NCBI GenBank assembly: GCA_003152105.1
Contig: PLZJ01000002.1
Coordinates: 469,682-533,681, forward strand
Direction of reading: 5' to 3'
Length of the DNA: 64,000 nucleotides
From: Candidatus Levyibacteriota bacterium
Lineage (GTDB): Bacteria > Patescibacteriota > Microgenomatia > Levybacterales > UBA12049
How positions within the stretch are numbered: the first letter of the stretch is position 1; every line of letters begins with the position of its first letter. Shown piece by piece: positions 37,708 to 47,897 of this stretch. The translations under genes and the position numbers were made by a program. The notes beneath the pieces were generated by a model. That model was not told where the DNA came from. It made no database searches and worked only from the letters and a program-made list of their open reading frames with translations.

Positions 37708-38898
37708 TTATTGTTTCCAGATAAGAATTGATACCCAAATTTCAGGAACTTGAGGATTACCGTTTTTTCCATACGCTTCATAAGGTACACTTTGATTTGC
37801 CGAAATCCCAATACCTATTTCATTATACTTTCCATCTTGCAAATATTTATATCTATCTTCATTTGGTTTTATAATGTTTTCCCAAATAGCATTTATAAGA
37901 CCAAGGGTAAATTTATTACCTCCTGCATCAGTATATGGGTGAGGCGCGCCATCATAAAATGCATTGATCCATGGAGACTGGGGTGCATGCGCATCAACTG
38001 CTTGAAGCGTTCTTGAGTCTTTCCAAGCTGGTGTAGTGCTTGCGCATGGTTTTGTATTTGGTGGCCATGGATTGTAAAAGCCGCGATATGGATAATCTTG
38101 TACATTATATTTTGACGGGTTTTGTGGCCATGGATTATCTGCTGGCCAAGGCCACGCAAATGCATAATGAGAAGAAGCAGTATATGGTTTTCCATCCACT
38201 TGTTTATTTGCAACATCACTTTTTTGTCTATGCATCCAATAATTAGCAGTTTTTAGGGCACAATTTGAAATTTGCGTATTTACTGATGCAAAAGGGGAAA
38301 CATTATGATTAGTTCTGTATGTATTTATTTGAGAAAGTAAATACTGTTCCATTAACTTAAACGGAATACCTGTTTGCGCACTTTGTGCGATCATCGATGC
38401 GCTAATAGTATTGCCAATGAGATTTGTTGTACTTTGTGAATTTATCGAAAAATTAGTACTACTGTTGTCATCAAACTGTTCATACACAAACTTTGACTCA
38501 TCTACTCCAAGATAACTATTTGCTAAAAGCCACGCATGTACAAGTGGCTCTGTATTTGCTTTTGTATCATTTGAGACAACGACAAATTGTTGTAAGTCGT
38601 TATCAAATGTAATCGTAAATGAATCAGTATCAATTGGCACATTTGAAAGTAGCGTTTGGAGCGTATTTTGTGGAATTGTTTTTGAAATAACTGGCGCAAC
38701 TGGTGTTTGTGCATGTTCTGATATTGTTTGATTTTGTGAAACAGCGACTATTGTAATGGGAAGCGCAAGAAGTATTGTAAATACAGCAAGAAGTGAATAC
38801 TTTGTGGTTTTAGGAATTGATGAGAATACATTTGTTTTACTACTATGCGAAGTACTTTCAGTTATCTTTGTATCGTCAGAAGAGGGGATCTCATCCAT
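37708..38898 (-). CDS. Membrane-anchored secreted protein with CAP/SCP/PR1-like domain and W/P-rich insert
   Basis: N-terminal TM; INTYRTNHNV..ANYWMHRQ...SHYAFAW...YNEIGIGIS resemble YkwD-type CAP motifs. Confidence 0.4.
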   Translation of the reverse strand: MDEIPSSDDTKITESTSHSSKTNVFSSIPKTTKYSLLAVFTILLALPITIVAVSQNQTISEHAQTPVAPVISKTIPQNTLQTLLSNVPIDTDSFTITFDNDLQQFVVVSNDTKANTEPLVHAWLLANSYLGVDESKFVYEQFDDNSSTNFSINSQSTTNLIGNTISASMIAQSAQTGIPFKLMEQYLLSQINTYRTNHNVSPFASVNTQISNCALKTANYWMHRQKSDVANKQVDGKPYTASSHYAFAWPWPADNPWPQNPSKYNVQDYPYRGFYNPWPPNTKPCASTTPAWKDSRTLQAVDAHAPQSPWINAFYDGAPHPYTDAGGNKFTLGLINAIWENIIKPNEDRYKYLQDGKYNEIGIGISANQSVPYEAYGKNGNPQVPEIWVSILIWKQ

Positions 38899-38984
38899 TG
38901 GTTATTTATTACATAGTAGTAATACAATGTCAAGCGTTGTAATAAATTAATTACAATAAGAGGACACTTTGCTATACTACAAGT

Positions 38985-39245
38985 ATGGAAGAGCTGGAAA
39001 AGCGAGTTGAAAAACTTGAACAAAGAAACAAGAGAGTAGAAATTGATAAAAAATGGGAAACTAGCTATACGAGACGAATCCTTATTATATTATTTACGTA
39101 TGTTACTATCTCAATCTACTTACAATTTATTGTTGGCATTAACCCATGGATAAATGCCATTGTTCCAACCGTTGGTTTTATACTCTCAACACAAACGCTC
39201 CCGTTTTTCAAACGTTTGTGGATAAAGCACATTCACCGTAAGTAA
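38985..39245 (+). CDS. Small membrane protein with N-terminal coiled coil
   Basis: ORF, 2 TMS. Confidence 0.3.
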   Translation: MEELEKRVEKLEQRNKRVEIDKKWETSYTRRILIILFTYVTISIYLQFIVGINPWINAIVPTVGFILSTQTLPFFKRLWIKHIHRK

Positions 39246-39326
39246 TTGGAAGTTTTTTCTGCTCTTTTATTCTTTATTGAGATACCTATGTAGTTTCCTT
39301 TATAATGAGAGTGAACATAACATTTC

Positions 39327-41144
39327 ATGCAACATGATAACGAGAAAGATTTAAAAAAAACGTCACAAGATAGTTTTTTTACGTCAATAAAACGCATGGA
39401 TTGGAAATTAAAACTGTCACTTCTTAGTATTATTCTTTTTCTCATCGCTCTACCAATTCTATTTGCTCTCCATAATCAAGCAACACTATTAGGACATGCA
39501 CAAGTTGATCAAAATGTTGATTATGACGCGGCACTTTCTTCTTTTACTATTCCAAATAACCAAACTTCCTTGTCACTATTTACGCCAAGTACCGATCTTT
39601 TGAATCAACCAATTACCAAACTTCCACAAGTATCGAGTCAATTACAATCAGCCATGCGTACATATCAAACACAACAAACAAATGCATCTCTTTTACAAAT
39701 GGTTACCCTTGCAAAAAACAGATATATTCTTTTAGAAAATGAAATAAATACAAATCCCTCATTATTTCTAAACAGTGTGCTGCCTGGTCAAATTCGACAA
39801 ACATTTCCAGAACAAGTACAACCATTCCTTGAACAAAATGTACAAATAACAGGAGACATACAGTATTCGCATGGCGATAATTTTACAACAAACACCGATA
39901 TTGATTTTTATAGTATTTGTCAAACAAACGGCACTTGTTACCGGTTACATTTTCCAGGAACAGTTCCTGATGACATAACACCGGACGAAAACATAACAAT
40001 ACAAAGCGTGGCAATAGGTGCAGATGTTTTACTGCCTGATTCTACAAATCAGGCTAGTACAACTGGATATGTCCAGTCTTATCATGTAAACAAATTACCC
40101 ACTTTTATAAAGCCTAAAAAAGACCAGAAACTTTTAGTTATTTTAATAGGTAATTTTAATTCGCCTGTTGTTGGAAATACAGGTCTCGATAGCTTTTGGA
40201 AAAAGGTAATGGATGAGGTTGTTTCATTTTATAAACAAAATTCATATGGAAAAGTTTCGATAACGTATGAATTAAAGGGTTGGTATAACACAACGTCTCA
40301 AATGAGCTGCAAGAGATCAAGTTGGTGGGATAATGTGACAGCAGGTTTTTCAGCAGACGCAAATGGAAGTCATGATTACCAAACAGGTGTAAACGCTTAT
40401 GTTGCGTATCAGAAAAAACATCATTTACCAGTGCCAAAAGATTATACTGGTATTATTGTTGTGTTTACGCCAACGTCAAAAGGAGCGTCTAAAGGAGATT
40501 GTGATTATGCAGGTATGTCATTTGGTATTGGCCCCCATGGTTCACCTCCACAGTTTCATAATATAATAACAGCAACTAATTTAACGGGATTTAAGGATGT
40601 TGACACAAAAAGTCAGGCAGTTGCGCACGAGATTGGACATGGGCTTGGGATAAATCATGCCTCAACACTTATTTGTAAAAAAATAAATGATTTTTCCAAC
40701 TGCGCGAGTGTGCATCTTGATGAATACGGAGACATACAAGATGTTATGGGAATGCCACAAATGCCAGAGCTTTATAATGTGGCACATAAAGTAGCACTTG
40801 GGTGGATAACTTCAAAACAAGTAAAAACAGTTACCACAAGCGGGGTTTATGATCTGCATCAATTTGACACGTTTGCAAATGAAACAATGGTACTTCGCAT
40901 AAAAAAATCAGACACATCAAACTTGTTTTATTATATTGAATACAGAAAATATCATGGCTTATTGCTCCATTTATGGAATGAAGAGGCACAGGCAAATACC
41001 GCACTTATCCCATGGGACTTAGATGGTGCAAATCCATTTATAACAATTGGAGAAAATATTACCGATAGCGTAAATCATATAAAAATAACACTAATTAGAT
41101 ATGATAAAGAAAAAAACACTGCGTATGTTGATGTTAAGATGTAA
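39327..41144 (+). CDS. Secreted metzincin-type zinc metalloprotease (HExxHxxGxxH), membrane anchored
   Basis: N-terminal TM; zinc motif VAHEIGHGLGINH. Confidence 0.6.
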   Translation: MQHDNEKDLKKTSQDSFFTSIKRMDWKLKLSLLSIILFLIALPILFALHNQATLLGHAQVDQNVDYDAALSSFTIPNNQTSLSLFTPSTDLLNQPITKLPQVSSQLQSAMRTYQTQQTNASLLQMVTLAKNRYILLENEINTNPSLFLNSVLPGQIRQTFPEQVQPFLEQNVQITGDIQYSHGDNFTTNTDIDFYSICQTNGTCYRLHFPGTVPDDITPDENITIQSVAIGADVLLPDSTNQASTTGYVQSYHVNKLPTFIKPKKDQKLLVILIGNFNSPVVGNTGLDSFWKKVMDEVVSFYKQNSYGKVSITYELKGWYNTTSQMSCKRSSWWDNVTAGFSADANGSHDYQTGVNAYVAYQKKHHLPVPKDYTGIIVVFTPTSKGASKGDCDYAGMSFGIGPHGSPPQFHNIITATNLTGFKDVDTKSQAVAHEIGHGLGINHASTLICKKINDFSNCASVHLDEYGDIQDVMGMPQMPELYNVAHKVALGWITSKQVKTVTTSGVYDLHQFDTFANETMVLRIKKSDTSNLFYYIEYRKYHGLLLHLWNEEAQANTALIPWDLDGANPFITIGENITDSVNHIKITLIRYDKEKNTAYVDVKM

Positions 41145-41158
41145 AGTAATGTAGCTAT

Positions 41159-41698
41159 TTAATTTTCTCCACTCACATCTATAATATTTCCTGTTGTTGC
41201 GTCATAAACTGTTTCACCATAGGTAAAAACAGGTATTTGTGTACCTGGAGGAAGTGGTACATTGTTTAATACAAATGGACCTTTTTCTTTAACAAACAGA
41301 ACAATATGATTATCATCAACGCCAACATCTTCTCCATTCATAAGTTGTGACGCGGTTTTTGCAGTAACAAATTGCATTGACTCAACTATCGGAACTTTTC
41401 CATTTACGCTGTCTCCTCCAACAAATGGATTGTGAAAAATGTACGTTTGCGCATCTGACAAAGAAAAGTTAACAGCATTACTGCTCAAGCTTGTATGAGT
41501 TGGTGCAATTGCAGGTAAGCCACTTTCAGGAACCCCAGCTGCTGCATGAGATTTTGTAAGCGGAAGCGTTGTCGTTTTAACAAATAACAAAATATACGTA
41601 AAAATACAACAACCGAATATGCCACTTACTATGACAACTAATTTTATTTTTTCGCTTTTTTGTATGGTTTTCATATTACTGAGTAATGCCTGTTTCAA
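41159..41698 (-). CDS. Membrane-anchored secreted hypothetical protein
   Basis: ORF, N-terminal TM. Confidence 0.35.
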   Translation of the reverse strand: MKQALLSNMKTIQKSEKIKLVVIVSGIFGCCIFTYILLFVKTTTLPLTKSHAAAGVPESGLPAIAPTHTSLSSNAVNFSLSDAQTYIFHNPFVGGDSVNGKVPIVESMQFVTAKTASQLMNGEDVGVDDNHIVLFVKEKGPFVLNNVPLPPGTQIPVFTYGETVYDATTGNIIDVSGEN

Positions 41699-42671
41699 TT
41701 ACGCCTCCGTGATTTGTTTGCGTTGGTTCTTTACCATTTTTCCATCGTACCCACGTTGGTGGATTTTTGGTATACATTATTTTTCCGTATTTTTTACTAT
41801 TTTCAATATACAACATCTCATTATTTTTTCTAAACATATTATTGCTAAAACTAACAAACTTTGACGTAGTAATGTTTCCTCCACCAACAAATTCTTCGCC
41901 AAGATCAATCTCGCTTCCTTCTTTTTTAATAAATGTTTCTAGATCGTTATTATTGGAATTACCTTTAAAATGAATATGATTTCCATCTATTTTTATGCGC
42001 CACGTATTTACATTTACATTATTGATATCTACCGTGATATCTTTTCCAAAATCATTTTTTGCAATTCTAGGACCTGGGTGAAAATGGTATCCGCTATGTT
42101 GACGAAAATCAGCAAAAAAAACATTGTTGTTAATAAGTACATGAGCTTTTGAAAAATGATTTAACGATTGATCACCAATCAGTGCCGCGTATCCAGAACC
42201 ATATCCAGCTTCTATCCAAAAATTTCCTTGTTTATCATTTATCCAGGTTTCCTGCGAAAAATGATTATTTTGATTTACTTTATATACAATAAGATTTTGC
42301 GGTGTGATTGTCGTTTTGTCTTCAAAAATTGGATACGTTGTTTGAAAATTTACTTCAGCATAACAGTGCTCCATAACACCTGGTGAATTAGGACAAAGAA
42401 TATATTTTTTTGTACTCTTTGTATCTTGAAGCGGTGTATCTTTTACAGAAAGAGAAGGGGTGATAGATGTAGCAGACGTTGTCGCACCAAGAACGCTTTG
42501 TGACTTGTTATAAACTTTAGCATATACCAGGAGTGCAAGTACGATAAAAATTGCACAAACAAAAAGCATTATGTAGAAAAGGACATCATGACTAAGTACA
42601 GAATATGTTAACAAATGTTTTTTCTTGTCAGATATATTGTTTTCCATACGCGTTGTACAATTATTATTCAT
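41676..42671 (-). CDS. Membrane-anchored secreted hypothetical protein (N/G-rich, possibly beta-rich fold)
   Basis: ORF, N-terminal TM. Confidence 0.35.
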   Translation of the reverse strand: MNNNCTTRMENNISDKKKHLLTYSVLSHDVLFYIMLFVCAIFIVLALLVYAKVYNKSQSVLGATTSATSITPSLSVKDTPLQDTKSTKKYILCPNSPGVMEHCYAEVNFQTTYPIFEDKTTITPQNLIVYKVNQNNHFSQETWINDKQGNFWIEAGYGSGYAALIGDQSLNHFSKAHVLINNNVFFADFRQHSGYHFHPGPRIAKNDFGKDITVDINNVNVNTWRIKIDGNHIHFKGNSNNNDLETFIKKEGSEIDLGEEFVGGGNITTSKFVSFSNNMFRKNNEMLYIENSKKYGKIMYTKNPPTWVRWKNGKEPTQTNHGGVIETGITQ

Positions 42672-42746
42672 TGTCCAAACAACCTTGTCAATGATTGGGT
42701 ATTACGAAAAAAAATGTATAACTCCTGTGTTATAATAATTTTTTAG

Positions 42747-43811
42747 TTGGGTGAAAAGATGTTAGTACCACTTGCTGAAAGGGAAGCCCCGTTAAATATT
42801 TATGCCGATTTAACTCCAAGTGAATATGGAGGTTGTGTTCAGGCTGCAAATATAAATACAAGAGCTGAAATGGTCGCTAATTTATCAGAATATTTTACGG
42901 AAAGTAGAATTGACCCTGCCAATGTTTGTTTTATCGTAACAGGAAGTGATGGGAAAAGTGAGCGACATGCAAAATCAATTACTGAAGTTGGTATATTAAC
43001 TAATGATCCCACTCTTTCTTTTATTGCAGAGGATTTTACCATGTGGTATAGCGGCGACCATATGGTAAAAAAAGATATTACAAGAACATTTGATGTCAAT
43101 CCACATACAGGTATACCAGATGTGAGACATGTGAGCACAGTTACTGGAAATCCATCAACACGAAGTGATACAGATGTGCTTTCTTATGCATTTGGAGATA
43201 GGAAACGTGTATATCCTGACAGAATTATTAACGCACAACATATATTTGGAAACGAGGAAATTCTACGCGATGCAAAAAGACAAGTATATGTTGAAGCGAC
43301 TACTCCGCCTACGGGAAAGCGTATTCGACAAGATATGAAAGTACAACTGAGAGATTATAAGCGATCATTAGCAGACGGAGGTGCGCAAGGGGTATATCAC
43401 CGCCAGCGAGCTTTTTCACTCGAGCCTGCGATGCAATATTATAGCGAAGACAAAAGTTATTATACGCTTGGATTTAAAATTCCAGCCCTAAGAACTATAC
43501 AGAGATCGCTTGATTTATACACTGTCGAATCAATTATGTCAGGAAAACTTACCATAGATGATGCGGTAACATTTCCAACAGATACTGTCGGGAGAATAGA
43601 CGCTTTGCAAAGAAGAGGACATATCCCGATTTACTCTGTAAATAGTAATGGACATATAGGGGAGGCGTATGATTGGTTTTTGCAGCAATATCACGCAGCA
43701 CAAAACGCAAATCATCGAAGCGGAAAAGCAGTTGCGATGCCATTTTCGCAGGAGGAATTTGTAACGCACCAACGAACTATCCTTTCTTTTTTACATGAGT
43801 TAAGAGGCTAA
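42747..43811 (+). CDS. Hypothetical cytoplasmic protein (354 aa)
   Basis: ORF; weak GS...D pattern (FIVTGSDGKSERHAKSITEV), not assignable. Confidence 0.35.
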   Translation: MGEKMLVPLAEREAPLNIYADLTPSEYGGCVQAANINTRAEMVANLSEYFTESRIDPANVCFIVTGSDGKSERHAKSITEVGILTNDPTLSFIAEDFTMWYSGDHMVKKDITRTFDVNPHTGIPDVRHVSTVTGNPSTRSDTDVLSYAFGDRKRVYPDRIINAQHIFGNEEILRDAKRQVYVEATTPPTGKRIRQDMKVQLRDYKRSLADGGAQGVYHRQRAFSLEPAMQYYSEDKSYYTLGFKIPALRTIQRSLDLYTVESIMSGKLTIDDAVTFPTDTVGRIDALQRRGHIPIYSVNSNGHIGEAYDWFLQQYHAAQNANHRSGKAVAMPFSQEEFVTHQRTILSFLHELRG

Positions 43812-43823
43812 CTTCTCTTTGTT

Positions 43824-45305
43824 TTATTTTGCCCTTAAACGCTCTAGATTTGCAGGATAAATAGTAATAATTTTGTATTTTGATCGGGAATTTGAAAACT
43901 CTAGAGGATTTTTGGTATCAGTATATTTTGCCGTAATATACCTTGTCCCTGCGTCAGAAAAAGCAGTGTGCCACGCATAATATGCCTTACCTTGATTATC
44001 CAAATACAGCTGTTTAATCACATCTCCTCGAAGATCAACTAGTGTTATTTTCCCATGCGTAACCGGTTGAGATGAAGAATCAGCTTTGATTGATAAGTAC
44101 ACAGTATAGCCGGTAAAAAGCGATGTTGTTGAGGTAGTAAGCGTTATTGTTGGACTTTTTTTAGCAGCCGGCCTTGTTGATTTAACTTGTAATTTTGGTG
44201 TTTGACTTACTTCTTGTATAAACTGCATGCCAACTGGTTTTAACACATTATTTGTTGTATAGAGTCCCCACGTTACATTCCCATCATTTCCTCCAAGTTT
44301 GTCATTCCATGCATACCAAATTGCAACAGGAATTTGCTCTTGTTCAAAATCAGTAAATAACTTGTGTAAATACGTTGCTTGCCACGATAGGTTTGGGTTT
44401 GCATTGTGTCCTATTTCAGTTACCCAAAGAGGCAATGGGTTTGAAGCTTTCTTATATGCTTGTAAAGAACTCGTTAAATTACCAGTGGACCCTTTCCAAA
44501 AAGATGGATCTGGTGTTTTACCATATGGATGTACACCAACTGCAGTTATTTGTTTTAGAGAATTCGGATACGTTGATCGAAGAACAGAGAATACTTGTTT
44601 TAGATAATTAGTATTTCCAGACGCTAAGCCTCCCATGATTATCTTAATGTGTGTATCATTATTTTCATTAAAGTTTGTAATAACAGCTGAAGACTTTGCC
44701 ACAAGTGTTGCATAAATATTCTCAGGAACTTTTGGACAATACCCTTTTTGACTTGGACAAATATCCTCCTCGTTCCAAAGTTCAATTGCATTTACCGAGT
44801 CGCTATTTGCAATCAGAAAGCTTTCAAGGTTTGGAATATAGTAATTTTCAATATATGCATTCCAAATCGAATTATTTCCAGATCCGAGTGGATTTTTGGA
44901 CAAATCAGTACTTGCAGGTTGTGTGCACGACTGATTATTTAAAATGGCAAGTACTTTTAGATTGCTTAATCCAAACTGTAGAGAGCTTTTACTAGGAAGT
45001 TGACAATCTCCGTAAACTACTGTTCTTATCCAGTCTGGCTTTAACTTTTGAAGTTGCCATTTGTTTGGATATGAATATGATTTTGGTCCTACGTTAACTT
45101 GTATGCCAAATTGTGTTGGATAAAGCGATACCGGTTGCGCTGCATGATTATAAAAATTTTGTGATGATTCAATGCCAAGAGGGATTGTTATCGTAATTAA
45201 AAGCAGTGCTAAAACAGTAATTTTTGTAGACGTTGGGATAGTTTCATAGAAGTTTTTTACTTTTTGAAATAACGTGTGTTTTTCATTTTGCTGTTTTCCT
45301 TCCAT
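43824..45305 (-). CDS. Clan GH-A glycoside hydrolase (GH5-like), membrane anchored, with C-terminal Ig-like domain
   Basis: Acid/base motif IELWNEE, H.Y (VGVHPYG), nucleophile WVTEIGH, WYAWN. Confidence 0.55.
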   Translation of the reverse strand: MEGKQQNEKHTLFQKVKNFYETIPTSTKITVLALLLITITIPLGIESSQNFYNHAAQPVSLYPTQFGIQVNVGPKSYSYPNKWQLQKLKPDWIRTVVYGDCQLPSKSSLQFGLSNLKVLAILNNQSCTQPASTDLSKNPLGSGNNSIWNAYIENYYIPNLESFLIANSDSVNAIELWNEEDICPSQKGYCPKVPENIYATLVAKSSAVITNFNENNDTHIKIIMGGLASGNTNYLKQVFSVLRSTYPNSLKQITAVGVHPYGKTPDPSFWKGSTGNLTSSLQAYKKASNPLPLWVTEIGHNANPNLSWQATYLHKLFTDFEQEQIPVAIWYAWNDKLGGNDGNVTWGLYTTNNVLKPVGMQFIQEVSQTPKLQVKSTRPAAKKSPTITLTTSTTSLFTGYTVYLSIKADSSSQPVTHGKITLVDLRGDVIKQLYLDNQGKAYYAWHTAFSDAGTRYITAKYTDTKNPLEFSNSRSKYKIITIYPANLERLRAK

Positions 45306-45399
45306 ACGTATATGTAGTATGAAAGTTTATTGTGTGGTGTGTCAAGTAACTGAAGATATGTTTAATAATAGTAAAATAAAATAATGCTATACTTTCTAT

Positions 45400-45810
45400 A
45401 TGCAGTATAAAAATTCACTTACCATGCAGGGAATTGCAATGCTTCTTATGCTGCTTTTGCAATATTTTCTTGGTATGTATACAAATCTCTATGTACAATT
45501 TCCAAATGGTCAACACGGAGATATTCTTTGGGAGTTTGCATGGAAGCAACTTCCCCTTGTGCTTCATATAATCCTTGGCATATTACTTATTGTTAATGCC
45601 ATTATTTTAATTATCCGTTCGTTCTTGCAAAAAAATAAAACGTGGATTAAGGCCTCTATCATTGGCTATGTTGGTATTCAAATCGCAGCACTTTCAGGAG
45701 CGGCATTTATTCCAACGCAAGTGGCAATATATTCATTTTCTATGTCTTTGTGTTTCCTCCTTGCGCTTCTTGCCTATGGATACGGCATTTATGCTTCGAA
45801 AGTAAAATGA
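45400..45810 (+). CDS. Hypothetical 4-TMS membrane protein
   Basis: ORF. Confidence 0.4.
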   Translation: MQYKNSLTMQGIAMLLMLLLQYFLGMYTNLYVQFPNGQHGDILWEFAWKQLPLVLHIILGILLIVNAIILIIRSFLQKNKTWIKASIIGYVGIQIAALSGAAFIPTQVAIYSFSMSLCFLLALLAYGYGIYASKVK

Positions 45811-46472
45811 AATTTATAGTTTCTGTTATCGTTATTGCATTTACCTCATTTATTGTTTATAAGGTTTGTTCAACATCAACAAAAACCAAAAAGAAGCAGA
45901 AATCAAAACACAAAAAAGCACTTATTGCCTCAATTGTGACTGCGCTTCTTTTGCTCGCTTTTCTTTTTTATGTTATGTATCAAGCGCAAACTGCCAAAGA
46001 TTTTCAGTGCAGTAATACACAAATTGTGTCTACAAAACTTCCGAGTAAACTGCAAACTGCACTGGATTATTTTTTGCTTGGAAATTATGCATATGATAGT
46101 GGAAACTGCCGACAAGCAATTGTCGACTATACAAAATCAATCCAAAAAAACCCAAATTATCCAGAAGTGTTTAATAACAGGGGATATACGTATATGCGAC
46201 TTAGAAATTATAAAGCCGCGCTTTTGGATCTAAACCGCGCAATTTTACTAAAACCAAATTATATTCAAGCGCTGATGAATAGAGGTGATATCTATAACTA
46301 TTATTATCAAATAAATAGACAAAAGGCTGTTTTAGATTATAAGAAAGTTATTTCACTTGGCGGAGGAAATAGCACAAGTGTATGTGGGCATTTGTTCTTG
46401 GCAGAAAACAACGGATGGCATATTGGTACGTTTTTACATCTTCCTTTTTTACTTTTTTCAAACTGCCGGTAA
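45807..46472 (+). CDS. TPR-repeat protein, N-terminal TM anchor, K-rich linker
   Basis: Tandem TPR motifs (A..Y..AI..NP.Y.....NRG); ATGA overlap with upstream gene. Confidence 0.6.
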   Translation: MKFIVSVIVIAFTSFIVYKVCSTSTKTKKKQKSKHKKALIASIVTALLLLAFLFYVMYQAQTAKDFQCSNTQIVSTKLPSKLQTALDYFLLGNYAYDSGNCRQAIVDYTKSIQKNPNYPEVFNNRGYTYMRLRNYKAALLDLNRAILLKPNYIQALMNRGDIYNYYYQINRQKAVLDYKKVISLGGGNSTSVCGHLFLAENNGWHIGTFLHLPFLLFSNCR

Positions 46473-46503
46473 TAACTCATGCATACCCTGTTATAATCTC
46501 TCT

Positions 46504-46908
46504 ATGAAAAAATTATATCCCTCAGACAAAATATATGTTGGCAAATCACATGTTGCAAAAAATGAACGTGGAGTTTTTGCAAAAAGAGCTATTAAAAAAA
46601 ATGAACTTATAGAAACGTGTCCGGTAATTGAAGTATCAAAACAAGATGCAAAAAACCTGCGAGAAAGTATTTTAATTACCTATTTTTATTATTTTGGGAA
46701 AAAGAAAGAACGATTCGTAACTGCTCTTGGATTTGGATCACTCTATAATCACACCTATTCACCTAATGCTGTGTATAGTGTTAACCATAAAACCCAAGTA
46801 CTTCAATTTAAAGCAATCAGAGATATTAAAAAAGATGAAGAAATAACCGTAAATTATATCTTTGCCTATCCTAATGCAAAAAGTCCTCTTTGGTTTGAAA
46901 ACGCTTAA
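46504..46908 (+). CDS. SET-domain protein (putative protein-lysine methyltransferase)
   Basis: RGVFAKRAIKKNELI, NHTYSPN (NHSCxPN-like), EEITVNY. Confidence 0.65.
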   Translation: MKKLYPSDKIYVGKSHVAKNERGVFAKRAIKKNELIETCPVIEVSKQDAKNLRESILITYFYYFGKKKERFVTALGFGSLYNHTYSPNAVYSVNHKTQVLQFKAIRDIKKDEEITVNYIFAYPNAKSPLWFENA

Positions 46909-46910
46909 AC

Positions 46911-47702
46911 CTATTTAGCTTTAGGAAATTGAAATGAATTTACCATTTGTGTAAATAGATTATCTTGGTTACTTGCGCTTTGAATATACATTTCATAGGT
47001 TGACCCATTGTAATAGGCATATGCTGCATCAGTTATTCCAGGAATAGACCCTTGTGTTAGAAGGAGTACGGGAACACCATTTACCGTAGTATCTGTTTGA
47101 TTTTTAAACGCTTTTGGACTTACGCTACTGTCGTTTGATGCATTTTCTAAAAAGGTCTTATAACTTTGATAAGAGCTAAAATTATTGTTTGCCTCAATTA
47201 AAATAGTAAGTTTTGAGCCTGTTAATACCACAACATGCACTGGATCCGCACTGTTTACCGTATAATCTGGCGACGTAAAATCATACCCATTTACTGATGA
47301 AACATCTTGATTGTTTGCTGATTCGACCCAGTTTGAAGGATAGTTAAGAGTAAAATGTAAGCTTGCATCACTATAATTTTTCCAATTAGTAGTTTGAGCA
47401 GAAGTTGAAGAAGCTGATGGGTTTTGTGCACCTGGTGGTTGTATAGTAACAGGAGGAATGCTTTTAGTTTTTACTATGGTTTGCACTGGATTTGAAGTAA
47501 TACTTAGTTGCCCTTGCGCTTTTCCAACCATATAGAAAATGACACCTGATACAAGTGCTGCAAGCAGACAACAGAGCAGAATTAGAATTACTCTTGGAAA
47601 ATGAAAATGCTTGGAAACAATTGGAGGTTCTTGCGTTGCAGGTTGTTGGGTAACAACAGGTTGCGGTTGTTGAACTGGCTGTTGTTGAACAGAATTATCC
47701 AT
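46911..47702 (-). CDS. Membrane-anchored surface protein with Q/P-rich N-terminal tail (paralogous anchor module to 8863..9552)
   Basis: HFPRVILILLCCLLAALVSGVIFYMVG matches HIPRILLVLFACLISGVLFGVAGYF. Confidence 0.4.
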   Translation of the reverse strand: MDNSVQQQPVQQPQPVVTQQPATQEPPIVSKHFHFPRVILILLCCLLAALVSGVIFYMVGKAQGQLSITSNPVQTIVKTKSIPPVTIQPPGAQNPSASSTSAQTTNWKNYSDASLHFTLNYPSNWVESANNQDVSSVNGYDFTSPDYTVNSADPVHVVVLTGSKLTILIEANNNFSSYQSYKTFLENASNDSSVSPKAFKNQTDTTVNGVPVLLLTQGSIPGITDAAYAYYNGSTYEMYIQSASNQDNLFTQMVNSFQFPKAK

Positions 47703-47897
47703 ATCTATACTATTCCATAGTTACCAGTATTAGTCAAGAAAAGCTCAAGGAGGTAGAGAATGTTAAAACAAGGATTCTAAGTTGTGGGTAATGTTTTAAG
47801 AATGGACGCGAAGGGTAGACTACAATATGTAGTAAAGGTCAATTGACCACTACCCAACGCGATGCGTCCACTCACAGAATGTGCTGCGGTTTTGCCG

